32,849 nucleotides of DNA from Clostridiaceae bacterium (GTDB lineage Bacteria > Bacillota > Clostridia > Saccharofermentanales > DTU023): contig JAAYEX010000022.1 of the NCBI GenBank assembly GCA_012728535.1, positions 1 through 32,849 on the forward strand, read 5' to 3'. The notes under the pieces are model-generated. The model was not told the origin of the DNA and searched no databases. It worked only from the letters and a program-made list of their open reading frames with translations. Shown here in pieces: positions 1 through 8,597 of this stretch; within the stretch, counting starts at the first letter, position 1, and every line of letters starts with the position of its first letter. A program made the position numbers and the translations under genes.

Positions 1-194
1 CCATAAATGACTTCACGCTTCACGGGTTTCCCTTCAGGACTGCTGATCGACAGATAGTTGCTGGCAGCCCTTCCTGAAAATGACGGCATGAAAGAAAAGA
101 ATAAAGCCATTGTCAGCAAGATAGCTGTAACACGGATTGCTTTTCCGATGCGCTTTTTGTTCGTATTCTTGATTGTTTTCTTAACTCTGTTCAT
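1..194 (-). CDS. N-terminal 64 codons of a predicted secreted or membrane-anchored protein; the C-terminus lies beyond the left edge
   Basis: Absent from the supplied track because there is no stop in the window. A minus-strand ATG at 194-192 follows AGGAG (209-205) at a 10-nt spacing and overlaps the MMPL stop by 14 nt. My translation is MNRVKKTIKNTNKKRIGKAIRVTAILLTMALFFSFMPSFSGRAASNYLSISSPEGKPVKREVIY. It has a basic n-region, a hydrophobic core and a small-residue site, which is signal-peptide-like. Confidence 0.45.
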   Translation of the reverse strand, partial: MNRVKKTIKNTNKKRIGKAIRVTAILLTMALFFSFMPSFSGRAASNYLSISSPEGKPVKREVIY

Positions 195-2298
195 TGTGAG
201 TCAACTCCTGTGTATCATTTCTATGTATAAGACGATCAGGCATAAAGTTTGCCCTCATCGTAGTTTTTTCAACAAAGCGGTCAAAAATTCTCAACAAATT
301 CGGCAAGAGGAATATGACCATGAATAAGGACAGCAGGGCGCCTCGTCCCAGGACCAGACCTAATTCACTGACAACAGTTATAGATGAGACTGCTGCCAAT
401 ACAAATCCGGCTGCTGCCAGAATAAATGCCGGTGCCATCAGTGAAGCCGCTGTGTCTGTAATCGATTTTCGCGAAGCTTCTTTTCTTCCCATAATTTGTC
501 GATTGTCCATATAGTGTTGGGTAAGCAATATTCCATAGTCGACAGTAGCGCCCAGCTGTACCGTGCTGACAATAAGATATCCGATATAGTTTAAATCCGT
601 GCCGTTAAAATAGGGAATGGCCAGATTGATCCAGATAGAAATCTCTATGGTCAGAACCAGCAAAATGGGCAAAGACAAGGAGCGGAAAGCAATAGCTATT
701 ACTACAGCCACAGCTAGGATAGCCAGGCCGTTAACAATTAGATTATCTTCCTTAATCGTATCCCTCATGTCGGTCATGATGAAGTTTTCACCTACAAGAT
801 GAACTTCCTCGCCTTCATTATAAATCTCTTCACTCAGCTCTCGGATGTGTTCCGCCAGCGCGAAGGTCTCGGGGCTTTCTGCAGGTGAATTGGAAACAAC
901 GATCATGCGGCTATAGTCATCGGTTAAGAGCTGACTCGTCAATTCCTCAGAAATAATATCAGGAGGTATGGCGGCACTGCTCATACTTATAAAGCTGGTC
1001 ACCGACTTGATTTCAGGCAGCTCTTCCAGCTTCTCAATAAAAACCTCTTCTTTCGCCGGCTTATCCCTGGGAACGAGCATGGCCATTTGCATATTGTTGC
1101 CGAATTTATCATTCACTATTTCTATATCTCTGGCAGCACGTGATCCTTCACCATAGCCACCCATGCCATAGAGGAAATTATTAGCTCGCTGCCCTAAAAA
1201 GACAGGAACAATAATCAGTGCGACGATAATCAGGATAGGAATCGCCAGTTTCGTTACAACCTTGGCCAGCCCTTTGAAAGAAGGTAAAAGTGACCTGTGT
1301 GTTGTCTTTTCGATAATCCTGTCTGTCAGCATGATCAGGGCAGGCAAGAGTGCAAATACCGTAATCAGACTGAAGACAATACCTTTGGCTAAAACCAGGC
1401 CCATGTCAGGCCCAAGCTTGAAGCGCATGAAAACCAGAGCCAGAAAACCGAATAATGTCGTTGCTGCAGAAGATGATACAGGCTGAAAGCTTTTCTTCAT
1501 TGATTTTTTAACGGCAACATCCAGGGGATCGCCTTCAGCTTTGTATTCATTAGTGCGGTGCAAAAAGAAGATGGCATAATCCATCGTCACGGCCAGCTGC
1601 AGTATAGCTGCCACAGATTGGGTTATGAAGGAAACCTCTGAAAAGATGATATTTGTCCCCAGATTGAGCAAGACACCCACGAAAATCACCAGCATGAACA
1701 AAATGGGTTCAAGCCAGGAATTGGTAGCAATAATCAGGATAACAAGAGCTATCGGCACTGCAAAAAGCATGATTCTTGTTACTTCTGACTGAGTTGCCAG
1801 CTGAGCTTCCGCCAGCTCGACAATCTGTCCACGAATGGCCCCGTCTTCTCCGGCTGCTTCTCTGAGACTAACTAAAGATTCAGCAGCATTATCTTTGTCA
1901 GCAGTAACCTGATACAAAGCGACCGAGTCCTTATAAAAGCTCTCAACTGTTGCCTGATCCTGCAGGTCTAAGGGAACCGCAAGATCCAGCTGATCATCCA
2001 GCCACAGGACCCCACTTACAGAATCAAGGTCCAACAATTTCTCCTTGAAAGCAAGGGCTTCTGATACCGTCATGTTCGGCATGGCTACCTCTACATTTGG
2101 TAGAGCCTCACCGAATTCCTCCTGCATCTTTTCCAACGCTACTGTTGAATCAGCCTCTTCCGGAATATAGGAAGAAAGGTCGAAGTTGGTTTTCACGCCG
2201 GTTGACAGAAAAATAGATACTGCTACCATAAGGGCAAAAATAATTGTCACCAGTTTGTGGTGTTTGACAATGCCATTAATGATCTTGTCACCTAACAT
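181..2298 (-). CDS. MMPL / RND-superfamily membrane transporter (putative exporter)
   Basis: 705 aa. An N-terminal TM helix is followed by a ~170 aa soluble loop and a 5-TM bundle, and this pattern is then repeated, giving a 12-TM, two-loop MMPL architecture. GGAGG lies 6 nt upstream of the ATG. A TetR gene is transcribed divergently. Confidence 0.85.
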   Translation of the reverse strand: MLGDKIINGIVKHHKLVTIIFALMVAVSIFLSTGVKTNFDLSSYIPEEADSTVALEKMQEEFGEALPNVEVAMPNMTVSEALAFKEKLLDLDSVSGVLWLDDQLDLAVPLDLQDQATVESFYKDSVALYQVTADKDNAAESLVSLREAAGEDGAIRGQIVELAEAQLATQSEVTRIMLFAVPIALVILIIATNSWLEPILFMLVIFVGVLLNLGTNIIFSEVSFITQSVAAILQLAVTMDYAIFFLHRTNEYKAEGDPLDVAVKKSMKKSFQPVSSSAATTLFGFLALVFMRFKLGPDMGLVLAKGIVFSLITVFALLPALIMLTDRIIEKTTHRSLLPSFKGLAKVVTKLAIPILIIVALIIVPVFLGQRANNFLYGMGGYGEGSRAARDIEIVNDKFGNNMQMAMLVPRDKPAKEEVFIEKLEELPEIKSVTSFISMSSAAIPPDIISEELTSQLLTDDYSRMIVVSNSPAESPETFALAEHIRELSEEIYNEGEEVHLVGENFIMTDMRDTIKEDNLIVNGLAILAVAVVIAIAFRSLSLPILLVLTIEISIWINLAIPYFNGTDLNYIGYLIVSTVQLGATVDYGILLTQHYMDNRQIMGRKEASRKSITDTAASLMAPAFILAAAGFVLAAVSSITVVSELGLVLGRGALLSLFMVIFLLPNLLRIFDRFVEKTTMRANFMPDRLIHRNDTQELTHNEQS

Positions 2299-2397
2299 CT
2301 AATCCTCCATTTGTTTTGCGGTTATCGAAAGTAATAGACTAATTTGCTTATGCAAACCAGTATATATAGTCATTATTTTGATTGCCATGCACAATAT

Positions 2398-2431
2398 ATC
2401 GATAAGTGTCGATTATTCGACACTTATCGAT
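2398..2431. promoter_or_regulatory. Perfect inverted repeat, a candidate TetR operator
   Basis: ATCGATAAGTGTCGA-TTAT-TCGACACTTATCGAT: 15-bp perfect arms with a 4-nt spacer. It sits in the 191-bp divergent MMPL/TetR intergenic region, just upstream of the putative tetR -10. Confidence 0.6.
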
Positions 2432-2447
2432 ATTAATGTTCGGATTA

Positions 2448-2456
2448 TGCTAAAAT
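2448..2456 (+). promoter_or_regulatory. Extended -10 element (TGcTAAAAT) for the TetR gene
   Basis: TGCTAAAAT lies 34 nt upstream of the ATG at 2490. A weak -35 (TCGATA) falls inside the right arm of the palindrome. Confidence 0.4.
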
Positions 2457-2489
2457 GTTCGTAATTATTTTGAATTTGGAGGAAAGATC

Positions 2490-3152
2490 ATGGCTAAAAA
2501 AACGAAAGACTCTCATGCTGATCCTGACTTCATCATCTCCTTTGTAGCCAGTCCTGAAAAAGGCGACCGCCGCAGCCGGCGCACTGATATGCTCCTGCAA
2601 GAAAGTTTGGTAGACCTGCTTCAGAAAAAAAACTTGCGTGACATTACTGTGAGTGAACTGACAGAACATGCGGACTTAAGCAGAACCACCTTTTATTTGC
2701 ATTATGACAATATCGACCAGCTTTATAATCAACTGGAAGAGAATCTTTACCGGCAGTTTGTCAAAATACTGTCTGTCAGCACCGACAATTCTCACCCCAT
2801 CCAGCATGTCGTAGCCACAGCGGACGGCCAACCGAAAATTCCGATCATAGCCACTGTCTGCCGCGCAATTGAAGGTAACCCCCTGCTGGCGGCAACAATT
2901 ATTAACAACCCCAACGGCCAGCTTTTGCAGCGCATCTATACTGCAGGTTACGACAGTCTGATCGAAAACGTGCTTGATGTCTACCCGGACATAGCCAAAT
3001 ACAAAATAGATTACTACTACGCCTTCATCGTCCATGGGATAGTCGGCATGATTGAAACCTGGCTGTTGCGCAATCAGGAAGAAGACGTTGAGGAGATCAT
3101 CGAACTCTTAACCGAATACACCTTGATGCATCTGCAGTACTTTGTTGAATGA
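2490..3152 (+). CDS. TetR/AcrR-family transcriptional regulator
   Basis: The N-terminal HTH signature LRDITVSELTEHADLSRTTFYLHYDNIDQLY is typical of TetR_N. 220 aa. GGAGG RBS. Confidence 0.9.
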   Translation: MAKKTKDSHADPDFIISFVASPEKGDRRSRRTDMLLQESLVDLLQKKNLRDITVSELTEHADLSRTTFYLHYDNIDQLYNQLEENLYRQFVKILSVSTDNSHPIQHVVATADGQPKIPIIATVCRAIEGNPLLAATIINNPNGQLLQRIYTAGYDSLIENVLDVYPDIAKYKIDYYYAFIVHGIVGMIETWLLRNQEEDVEEIIELLTEYTLMHLQYFVE

Positions 3153-3194
3153 ATCAGCCTCGATAATTAATAAAAAGCTTTAAATTAATGTCTC

Positions 3195-3223
3195 TTGAAC
3201 ATCTTCTGCAAGGTCAGGATAAT
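3195..3223 (+). promoter_or_regulatory. Sigma-A-type promoter for the membrane-protein/symporter operon
   Basis: TTGAAC (3195-3200), a 17-nt spacer, then GATAAT (3218-3223). This would give a ~75-nt leader containing a stem-loop (ACGTAATTCA ... TGAATTA-T-CGT, 3241-3273). Confidence 0.5.
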
Positions 3224-3303
3224 GTTAGAATTGTGAAGTGACGTAATTCATACATTCATGACTGAATTATCGTAGATCATAGTACACGCGAGGAGGCATA
3301 CTT

Positions 3304-3843
3304 ATGAAGAGGAGAACACTAGTCATCCTTGTCGCAGCGCTGGCCTCATTAGTCAGCATTCCTGTCGGAAATACAGATTTCCGCATTACTCCGGGCATCG
3401 TTGTCATGGTTGCAGGAATAAAGCTGTTCCGTTTTGACAAGGTTATCGGCTTCTCATTTTGGACCGGACTGGCAGTTTGTATGGCACGTATCGCCTATGC
3501 GGCTATCATAGGGATAAGCATCAGTCCGCTTTTAGTCGGATCTTACTTTCTAGAGATATTCTTTTATATCGGTTACGGCATAATTTATCATTTTGCAATT
3601 GCCAACATCCGTACCCGCTATCCGGTTCCTCTTGTGGTCTCCCTCGTTCTTTGTGACTTCGGTGGAAACTCTCTGGAATATCTGATGCGGTTCTTTTATG
3701 CCTCAGAGGTCTGGAGCGATACCTCCCTGCTGACTCTGTTACTGGCGGCCCTAACCCGCTCTGTTGTCATCATTCTTGTGGTTTGGCTTCTACAGCGTTT
3801 TGGACCAAAGTCAATCCGCACTGAGGAGGTAATCGCATCATGA
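3304..3843 (+). CDS. Small polytopic membrane protein of unknown function (5-6 predicted TM helices)
   Basis: 179 aa, almost entirely hydrophobic segments. GAGGAGG RBS. Its stop overlaps the next start (ATGA at 3840-3843). The segment NTDFRITPGIVVMVAGI resembles the conserved loop/TM2 motif of LytS-type 5TM sensor domains, but this is a weak by-eye match. Confidence 0.7.
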   Translation: MKRRTLVILVAALASLVSIPVGNTDFRITPGIVVMVAGIKLFRFDKVIGFSFWTGLAVCMARIAYAAIIGISISPLLVGSYFLEIFFYIGYGIIYHFAIANIRTRYPVPLVVSLVLCDFGGNSLEYLMRFFYASEVWSDTSLLTLLLAALTRSVVIILVVWLLQRFGPKSIRTEEVIAS

Positions 3844-5270
3844 ACTTCACAGATATAGTCAAGGTCATCAGTGACTTCCTCTGGAACTATATTTTACTTT
3901 TTGCCCTGCTCGGTGTCGGTATTTTTCTGAGCTTTAAACTGAAATTCCCTCAGGTGACCAAACTCTGGGCTAGTGTTAAGAAATTGATTCAGGATATCCG
4001 GAATAAGGTGGAGGTAGCTGAGGGTTCCATGACTCCCCTTCAATCTCTGGCAACTGCAGTTGCAGCCCAGGTCGGCACAGGTAATATTGTCGGTGTAGCT
4101 ACAGCTATAGCAGCCGGCGGTCCCGGAGCGGCTTTCTGGATGATTGTGTCAGCATTCTTCGGCATGTCAACCATATTTTCTGAAGCCGTCCTTGCTCAAT
4201 TTTACCGCGAAAGCAAAGATGGCCAACTCGTTGGCGGACCCGCCTACTATATTAAAAACGGGCTGAAATCCAAAGCTTTGTCTGTCATTTTTGCAATACT
4301 TTGTATTGTCGCTTTAGGCATTGTCGGCGTCATGGTACAGTCCAACTCGATTGTCAGCTCTCTGAATGAGGCTGTCGGCTTGTCCAAACCATTTATTACC
4401 ATCGGTTTAGCAGCCATAGTCGGTGTCATACTAATCGGTGGCATGCAACGGATCGCCAAATTTTCGGAAAAGGTCGTACCTGTGATGGCCTTCGCTTATA
4501 TACTCGGCAGCATCGTGATTATTCTGATGAATCTAGGCAGCTTTCTGCCCACCTTAAAACTGATCTTTGTCGGAGCTTTCACACCCCAGGCGATTGGAGG
4601 CGGCGTCTTAGGTATTACTGTCCAGGAGGCTGCCCGTTTCGGTCTGGCCCGGGGACTCTTTTCTAACGAAGCCGGTATGGGCTCGACACCGCACTCTCAC
4701 GCTGTTGCGCAAAACGATCATCCTGCAGACCAGGGCTTCATTGCCATGATTGGAGTCTTCATTTCAACTTTCCTGATTTGCATGTCCACAGTCATGGTTA
4801 ACATGGTCTCAGGCAGTTACAATATGACAATCCCAGCCAGCGAAATGAGCAAGGATGCAACGCTCATGACCCAGCAGGGCTTCGTCAATGGCTTCGGCAC
4901 CTTCGGCGGCATTTTCCTGTCCTTGTCCTTGTCTGCCTTTGCCCTGACAACAATAGTCGGTTGGTATTTCTTTGCTGAATCAAACGTAAAATTTCTGGCA
5001 GGTAATAAGAAGTTCCTGATCTCGGGATTCAAAGCTGTCGCGATAGCCTTTCTGGTAATCGGACCCCTGCTCGACCCCGACCTGATCTGGAATCTGGCTG
5101 ACCTATTTATGGGAGCGATGGCGCTACCCAACATAATTGCACTCTTTGCCCTGTCCGGTATGTCCAAACGCATTTTAGACCACTATGACCAGTATAAAAA
5201 GACCGGCAAGTTAGTTCCTCTGGATAAGTGTGAAATTTCGAGGAAAACTGTTGAGATTTCAAATGAATAA
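3840..5270 (+). CDS. Alanine/glycine:cation (sodium:alanine) symporter, AGCS family
   Basis: 476 aa. The family hallmark is SLATAVAAQVGTGNIVGVATAIAAGGPGAAFWM, plus FSNEAGMGSTPHSHA. About 11 TM helices. Confidence 0.9.
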   Translation: MNFTDIVKVISDFLWNYILLFALLGVGIFLSFKLKFPQVTKLWASVKKLIQDIRNKVEVAEGSMTPLQSLATAVAAQVGTGNIVGVATAIAAGGPGAAFWMIVSAFFGMSTIFSEAVLAQFYRESKDGQLVGGPAYYIKNGLKSKALSVIFAILCIVALGIVGVMVQSNSIVSSLNEAVGLSKPFITIGLAAIVGVILIGGMQRIAKFSEKVVPVMAFAYILGSIVIILMNLGSFLPTLKLIFVGAFTPQAIGGGVLGITVQEAARFGLARGLFSNEAGMGSTPHSHAVAQNDHPADQGFIAMIGVFISTFLICMSTVMVNMVSGSYNMTIPASEMSKDATLMTQQGFVNGFGTFGGIFLSLSLSAFALTTIVGWYFFAESNVKFLAGNKKFLISGFKAVAIAFLVIGPLLDPDLIWNLADLFMGAMALPNIIALFALSGMSKRILDHYDQYKKTGKLVPLDKCEISRKTVEISNE

Positions 5271-5331
5271 ATAAGGAATGTGGACAAATTTGGGAACAAA
5301 ACCATCAAAGATAACGAATATATAAAAAAAC

Positions 5332-5369
5332 AAAAGCCCTGTGATGCAGACACCGCAGGGCTTTTCGTT
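5332..5369. terminator. Bidirectional rho-independent terminator (symporter on +, tRNA on -)
   Basis: AAAAGCCCTG (5332-5341) pairs with CAGGGCTTTT (5356-5365) around a 14-nt loop. An A-tract lies on one side and TTTTCGTTT on the other. Confidence 0.7.
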
Positions 5370-5445
5370 TGGAGCCTGAGGACGGATTCGAACCCCCGAC
5401 CTGCTGATTACAAATCAGCTGCTCTGCCAACTGAGCTACTCAGGC
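5370..5445 (-). tRNA. tRNA-Thr (anticodon UGU), CCA encoded
   Basis: The reverse complement folds as a 76-nt cloverleaf. The acceptor stem is GCCTGAG/CTCAGGC and the D-stem is GCTC/GAGC. The anticodon stem is GCTGA/TCAGC with loop TTTGTAA. The T-loop is TTCGAAT, followed by discriminator T and CCA. The T-stem (GGGGG/CCGTC) carries one G-G mismatch. Confidence 0.85.
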
Positions 5446-5476
5446 ATTTTGCCGTTAAATATTTTCAGCATTGCTA

Positions 5477-5505
5477 ATCCTATCCGAGAATCAATTTCTT
5501 GTCAA
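5477..5505 (-). promoter_or_regulatory. Sigma-A-type promoter for tRNA-Thr
   Basis: On the minus strand: TTGACA (5505-5500), a 17-nt spacer, then TAGGAT (5482-5477). It sits about 30 nt upstream of the mature tRNA 5' end. Confidence 0.45.
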
Positions 5506-5544
5506 CTTGCCTGCGATTTTTTAAGTTGATAATTGTAAAAATTA

Positions 5545-6939
5545 CTAGGAAAAATCAATTACCAACTCCCGCTCCAGTTTTCTCATATAGCTGAAGAAGG
5601 CAAAGATGAAGACCAGGGATACAAGATTGGTTGTGATGGTCATAGTCCACCAGATACCGTTAACTCCCAGAGACGTCGATGATAACCAGGCTGACATAGG
5701 AATCCGAGCTCCGATGAAAACTGTGGAAACAATCGCTGTAAAGCGTGTCTGCCCCAAAGCCGAAAATGCTGCTATGGTAATAATCTCCAATCCCAGTAAT
5801 ATCTGAGATGCAGACAGAATCTGTAAATAATCTTTTCCTCCGGCTATAGCTTCAGGCTCGGCCATAAACATAGCAGTGATATCTGCGGCAAAGAAATATA
5901 GGATAACCGTAGAAAAAATGCAGATTATGATCACTATCGCCGAAGCAGAACGGTAGCCTTGCTTCATCCTTTTCCCCTGCTCGGCGCCATAATTCTGCGA
6001 CATGAAAGCACTTACTGCTGAACCGAAACCATCAGCGGTCAGCCAGGAAATCGACTCCACCTGAGAGCCAAAGCGCTGAACTGCAACGCTAAGGTCACCA
6101 AATCGCACAACCATACGTGACACTACAATCGTGACCGTGGAACGAATCAGTGACTGTAAACCTGCCGGAAGGCCGATACGAAGGATATCGCGCACCCTGC
6201 TCCAGATAATCGCTTTGGAGAAAAGCCGCAAATTACTAAAAATCTCATCTTTTTTTGCCACGACCAGCAAAATAATTAACACAAAAATCTGGGCAATGAC
6301 AGTAGCTAGAGCGGCGCCGAACACGCCCATATTCATGGTGGTTATCATCAGGGGATCCAAAATCATATTTGCGACCAGCCCGACGGCATTTGCTATAAAG
6401 GGTGATTTGCTGTTACCCACCGTGGTCAGCAGGGAACTTAGAATTCTACCGCCAAAAGTAGCAAAAAGCCCAAAACTGCTTACCTGCAGATAAACTATAG
6501 AGTTGCTGTGAGTACCGGCTTCATTGAAATTGAAAATGGAAATGATCGGACCTGCGGCAAAAAAATAGACCAAAAAAAGAAGCAATGCTGCAAAATAGCC
6601 TAAACGCAATGACTCTCTTCCATAACAGCGAACCTCGTCAATCTTGCCCCGACCATAAGATTGGCCGCAATGGACCTGTCCGCCGATGCGCATAATGCTG
6701 AGTATTCCATCCGAAACCCACATAAGCAGGCCCCCGGTACCTACAGCGGCCACGGCCTGAGTGCCGAGCCTTCCGACCCAGAACATATCCGTCAGACTGT
6801 AAGCCAGACTGAGAAATGATCCCGCCATGATGGGAACTGCCAGCCTCACAATAGAAGATGTAACCGGCCCTTTTAATAAATCAACCTTTTTGCTGCGCAC
6901 TTGACTCCTGACTGCACTTGTCGTGCAGAATCTCCTCAT
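5545..6939 (-). CDS. MATE-family efflux transporter
   Basis: 464 aa with 12 TM helices. The N-terminal signature LLKGPVTSSIVRLAVPIMAGSFLSLAYSLTDMFWVGRLG is typical of MatE. No RBS precedes the ATG at 6939. A GTG at 6900, preceded by AGGAG, is an alternative start. Confidence 0.88.
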   Translation of the reverse strand: MRRFCTTSAVRSQVRSKKVDLLKGPVTSSIVRLAVPIMAGSFLSLAYSLTDMFWVGRLGTQAVAAVGTGGLLMWVSDGILSIMRIGGQVHCGQSYGRGKIDEVRCYGRESLRLGYFAALLLFLVYFFAAGPIISIFNFNEAGTHSNSIVYLQVSSFGLFATFGGRILSSLLTTVGNSKSPFIANAVGLVANMILDPLMITTMNMGVFGAALATVIAQIFVLIILLVVAKKDEIFSNLRLFSKAIIWSRVRDILRIGLPAGLQSLIRSTVTIVVSRMVVRFGDLSVAVQRFGSQVESISWLTADGFGSAVSAFMSQNYGAEQGKRMKQGYRSASAIVIIICIFSTVILYFFAADITAMFMAEPEAIAGGKDYLQILSASQILLGLEIITIAAFSALGQTRFTAIVSTVFIGARIPMSAWLSSTSLGVNGIWWTMTITTNLVSLVFIFAFFSYMRKLERELVIDFS

Positions 6940-7224
6940 AGCATTCTACACGAATCCTGTAAAAGCGCCATTGCCATTATTCAGATACTTTCAGCCCCGA
7001 TTATCAGCTTTAATCAATAATTTGCATAAGCTTGTCCCGGTTAGAATTCAAGCTGATTTTTCAACACTTAACGAGCAAAGAAGTGCACAAAGATGCCACT
7101 CTTATGTTATTCTTCTTTATATTGATGTTAAAGTATTTCGACTTAAAGCTCGCAGCGCACAGACAATTAAATCAAGTCTTGCTGCTGAGAGTTTTTTTGC
7201 GAAAAAGTTCGGAGGTAAGTAAGG

Positions 7225-8562
7225 ATGCGATTTAAGTGGCCCAAGATTTTACAGGGCGTCCATCCCCGTCAAAACAAGAACACAGTCAACTCCGCTATTT
7301 CCAGGCTCAGAGGTTTTGATAGTGTATCCATCCCCTTAGATATGCAAATAGGCCCCGGTTGTGAATCCCTGGTAAAAAAGGGTGACCCGGTAGAGATCGG
7401 ACAGAAAATCGGTGAACCTTTGGGAGACTGGAGCGTACCTGTTCATGCCAGCATTTCCGGAACTGTTAAATCAGTTAAGAGGGAAATACTAAGTGACGGC
7501 ACTCATGTTGAATATGTCAACATTGAATCCGATGGCAAGGAAACAGTGTCTGCAGAAGTCAGCCCGCCTGAAGTTCATGACCGTGCCGGTTTTGTAGCTG
7601 CGGTACGGGCTTCAGGTCTGGTCGGATTGGGAGGCGCAGCCTTCCCTACGCATATTAAGATGCAGCCGCCTCCGGGAAAGACACTTGATACCTTGATTAT
7701 CAATGCAGCAGAATGTGAACCATATATAACTTCCGACCACCGCATCTGCCTGGAATATCCGGAACAGATCATTAAAGGCATTATGTTGACCTGCCACTAT
7801 TTGGATATTCCTACAGCCGTCATTGCGCTTGAAGACAATAAGCGGGATCTCGTCAGTGTCCTGCAGGCAGAAATAGACAAGGTCAAAGGCGCACCCGACT
7901 ATCCAGCGCAGGGCATCTCCCTCAGAGTATTGCCGACCCAGTACCCGACAGGGGCAGAGAAAGTTCTGATCCGTCTGGTTAACGATCGTATTGTGCCTGA
8001 AGGCGGTTTGCCTGCTGACGTCGGTGTACTTGTACAAAACGTCGGAACCATCCGCTATATCGCTGAATATTTTGAGACCGGCATGCCCCTGGTGACTAAA
8101 ATCGTCACTATCGACGGCTCAGCAGTCAGTAGTCCTGCCAACCTCGAAGTTCCTATCGGTGCAGCCATTGTCGAAGTGGTTGAAAAAAGCGGAGGCTGCA
8201 AGATCGAAGCAGCTAAAGTCATCATGGGCGGACCGATGATGGGTGTCGCTATTGACGACTTAAGCCGGCCCATTCTCAAACACAACAACGCTATCCTCAT
8301 GTTGGATGAAAAAGATGCCGCCTTGCCGAAAGAGATCGCCTGCATTCAATGCGGTCGCTGCACCAGAGCGTGTCCCATGCTTCTGATGCCGACGACTCTT
8401 GATATGGCTGCCCGCATCCAGGATTGCGAAAAACTGAATAGATACCATGTTATGAACTGTATCGAATGTGGCTGCTGCACTTACGTCTGTCCTTCGAAAC
8501 GTTACTTGCTGCAAAACATAAGAATCGGCAAGACAATCGTCAGACAAACAGGCAAAAGCTAG
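7225..8562 (+). CDS. rnfC: Rnf electron-transport complex subunit C
   Basis: GLVGLGGAAFPTHIK nucleotide/FMN-binding motif and two 4Fe-4S motifs (CIQCGRCTRACP, CIECGCCTYVCP). GGAGG RBS. First gene of the rnfCDGEAB array. Confidence 0.93.
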   Translation: MRFKWPKILQGVHPRQNKNTVNSAISRLRGFDSVSIPLDMQIGPGCESLVKKGDPVEIGQKIGEPLGDWSVPVHASISGTVKSVKREILSDGTHVEYVNIESDGKETVSAEVSPPEVHDRAGFVAAVRASGLVGLGGAAFPTHIKMQPPPGKTLDTLIINAAECEPYITSDHRICLEYPEQIIKGIMLTCHYLDIPTAVIALEDNKRDLVSVLQAEIDKVKGAPDYPAQGISLRVLPTQYPTGAEKVLIRLVNDRIVPEGGLPADVGVLVQNVGTIRYIAEYFETGMPLVTKIVTIDGSAVSSPANLEVPIGAAIVEVVEKSGGCKIEAAKVIMGGPMMGVAIDDLSRPILKHNNAILMLDEKDAALPKEIACIQCGRCTRACPMLLMPTTLDMAARIQDCEKLNRYHVMNCIECGCCTYVCPSKRYLLQNIRIGKTIVRQTGKS

Positions 8563-8597
8563 ACCCAAAGCTTAACTATTAAGGAGACAATAGATAA

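Noticed and set aside
3153-3303. Possible glycine riboswitch or T-box upstream of the amino-acid symporter operon. A c-di-AMP (ydaO) riboswitch upstream of the NlpC/P60 gene (30292-30420) was also considered.
   Set aside because: Both leaders are short and AT-rich. They lack the conserved GC-rich cores I associate with those classes. Only simple hairpins are visible, and these are reported as such.
5280-5477. 65-aa plus-strand ORF covering the tRNA locus.
   Set aside because: It is the antisense reading of tRNA-Thr and its terminator. The cloverleaf explains the sequence fully.
5332-5545. tRNA-Thr as an integration site for a genomic island covering the transporter genes to its left.
   Set aside because: There is no integrase, recombinase, transposase or phage gene in the window. 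By eye I found no second copy of the tRNA 3' segment that would mark an att repeat.
6923-7235. Two overlapping small ORFs (99 and 67 aa) in the MATE/rnfC intergenic region.
   Set aside because: They have no RBS and low-complexity sequence, and they overlap each other in different frames. One runs into the rnfC RBS and start. The region is more plausibly a promoter or leader for rnfC and the divergent MATE gene. I could not identify convincing -35/-10 boxes there and therefore report none.
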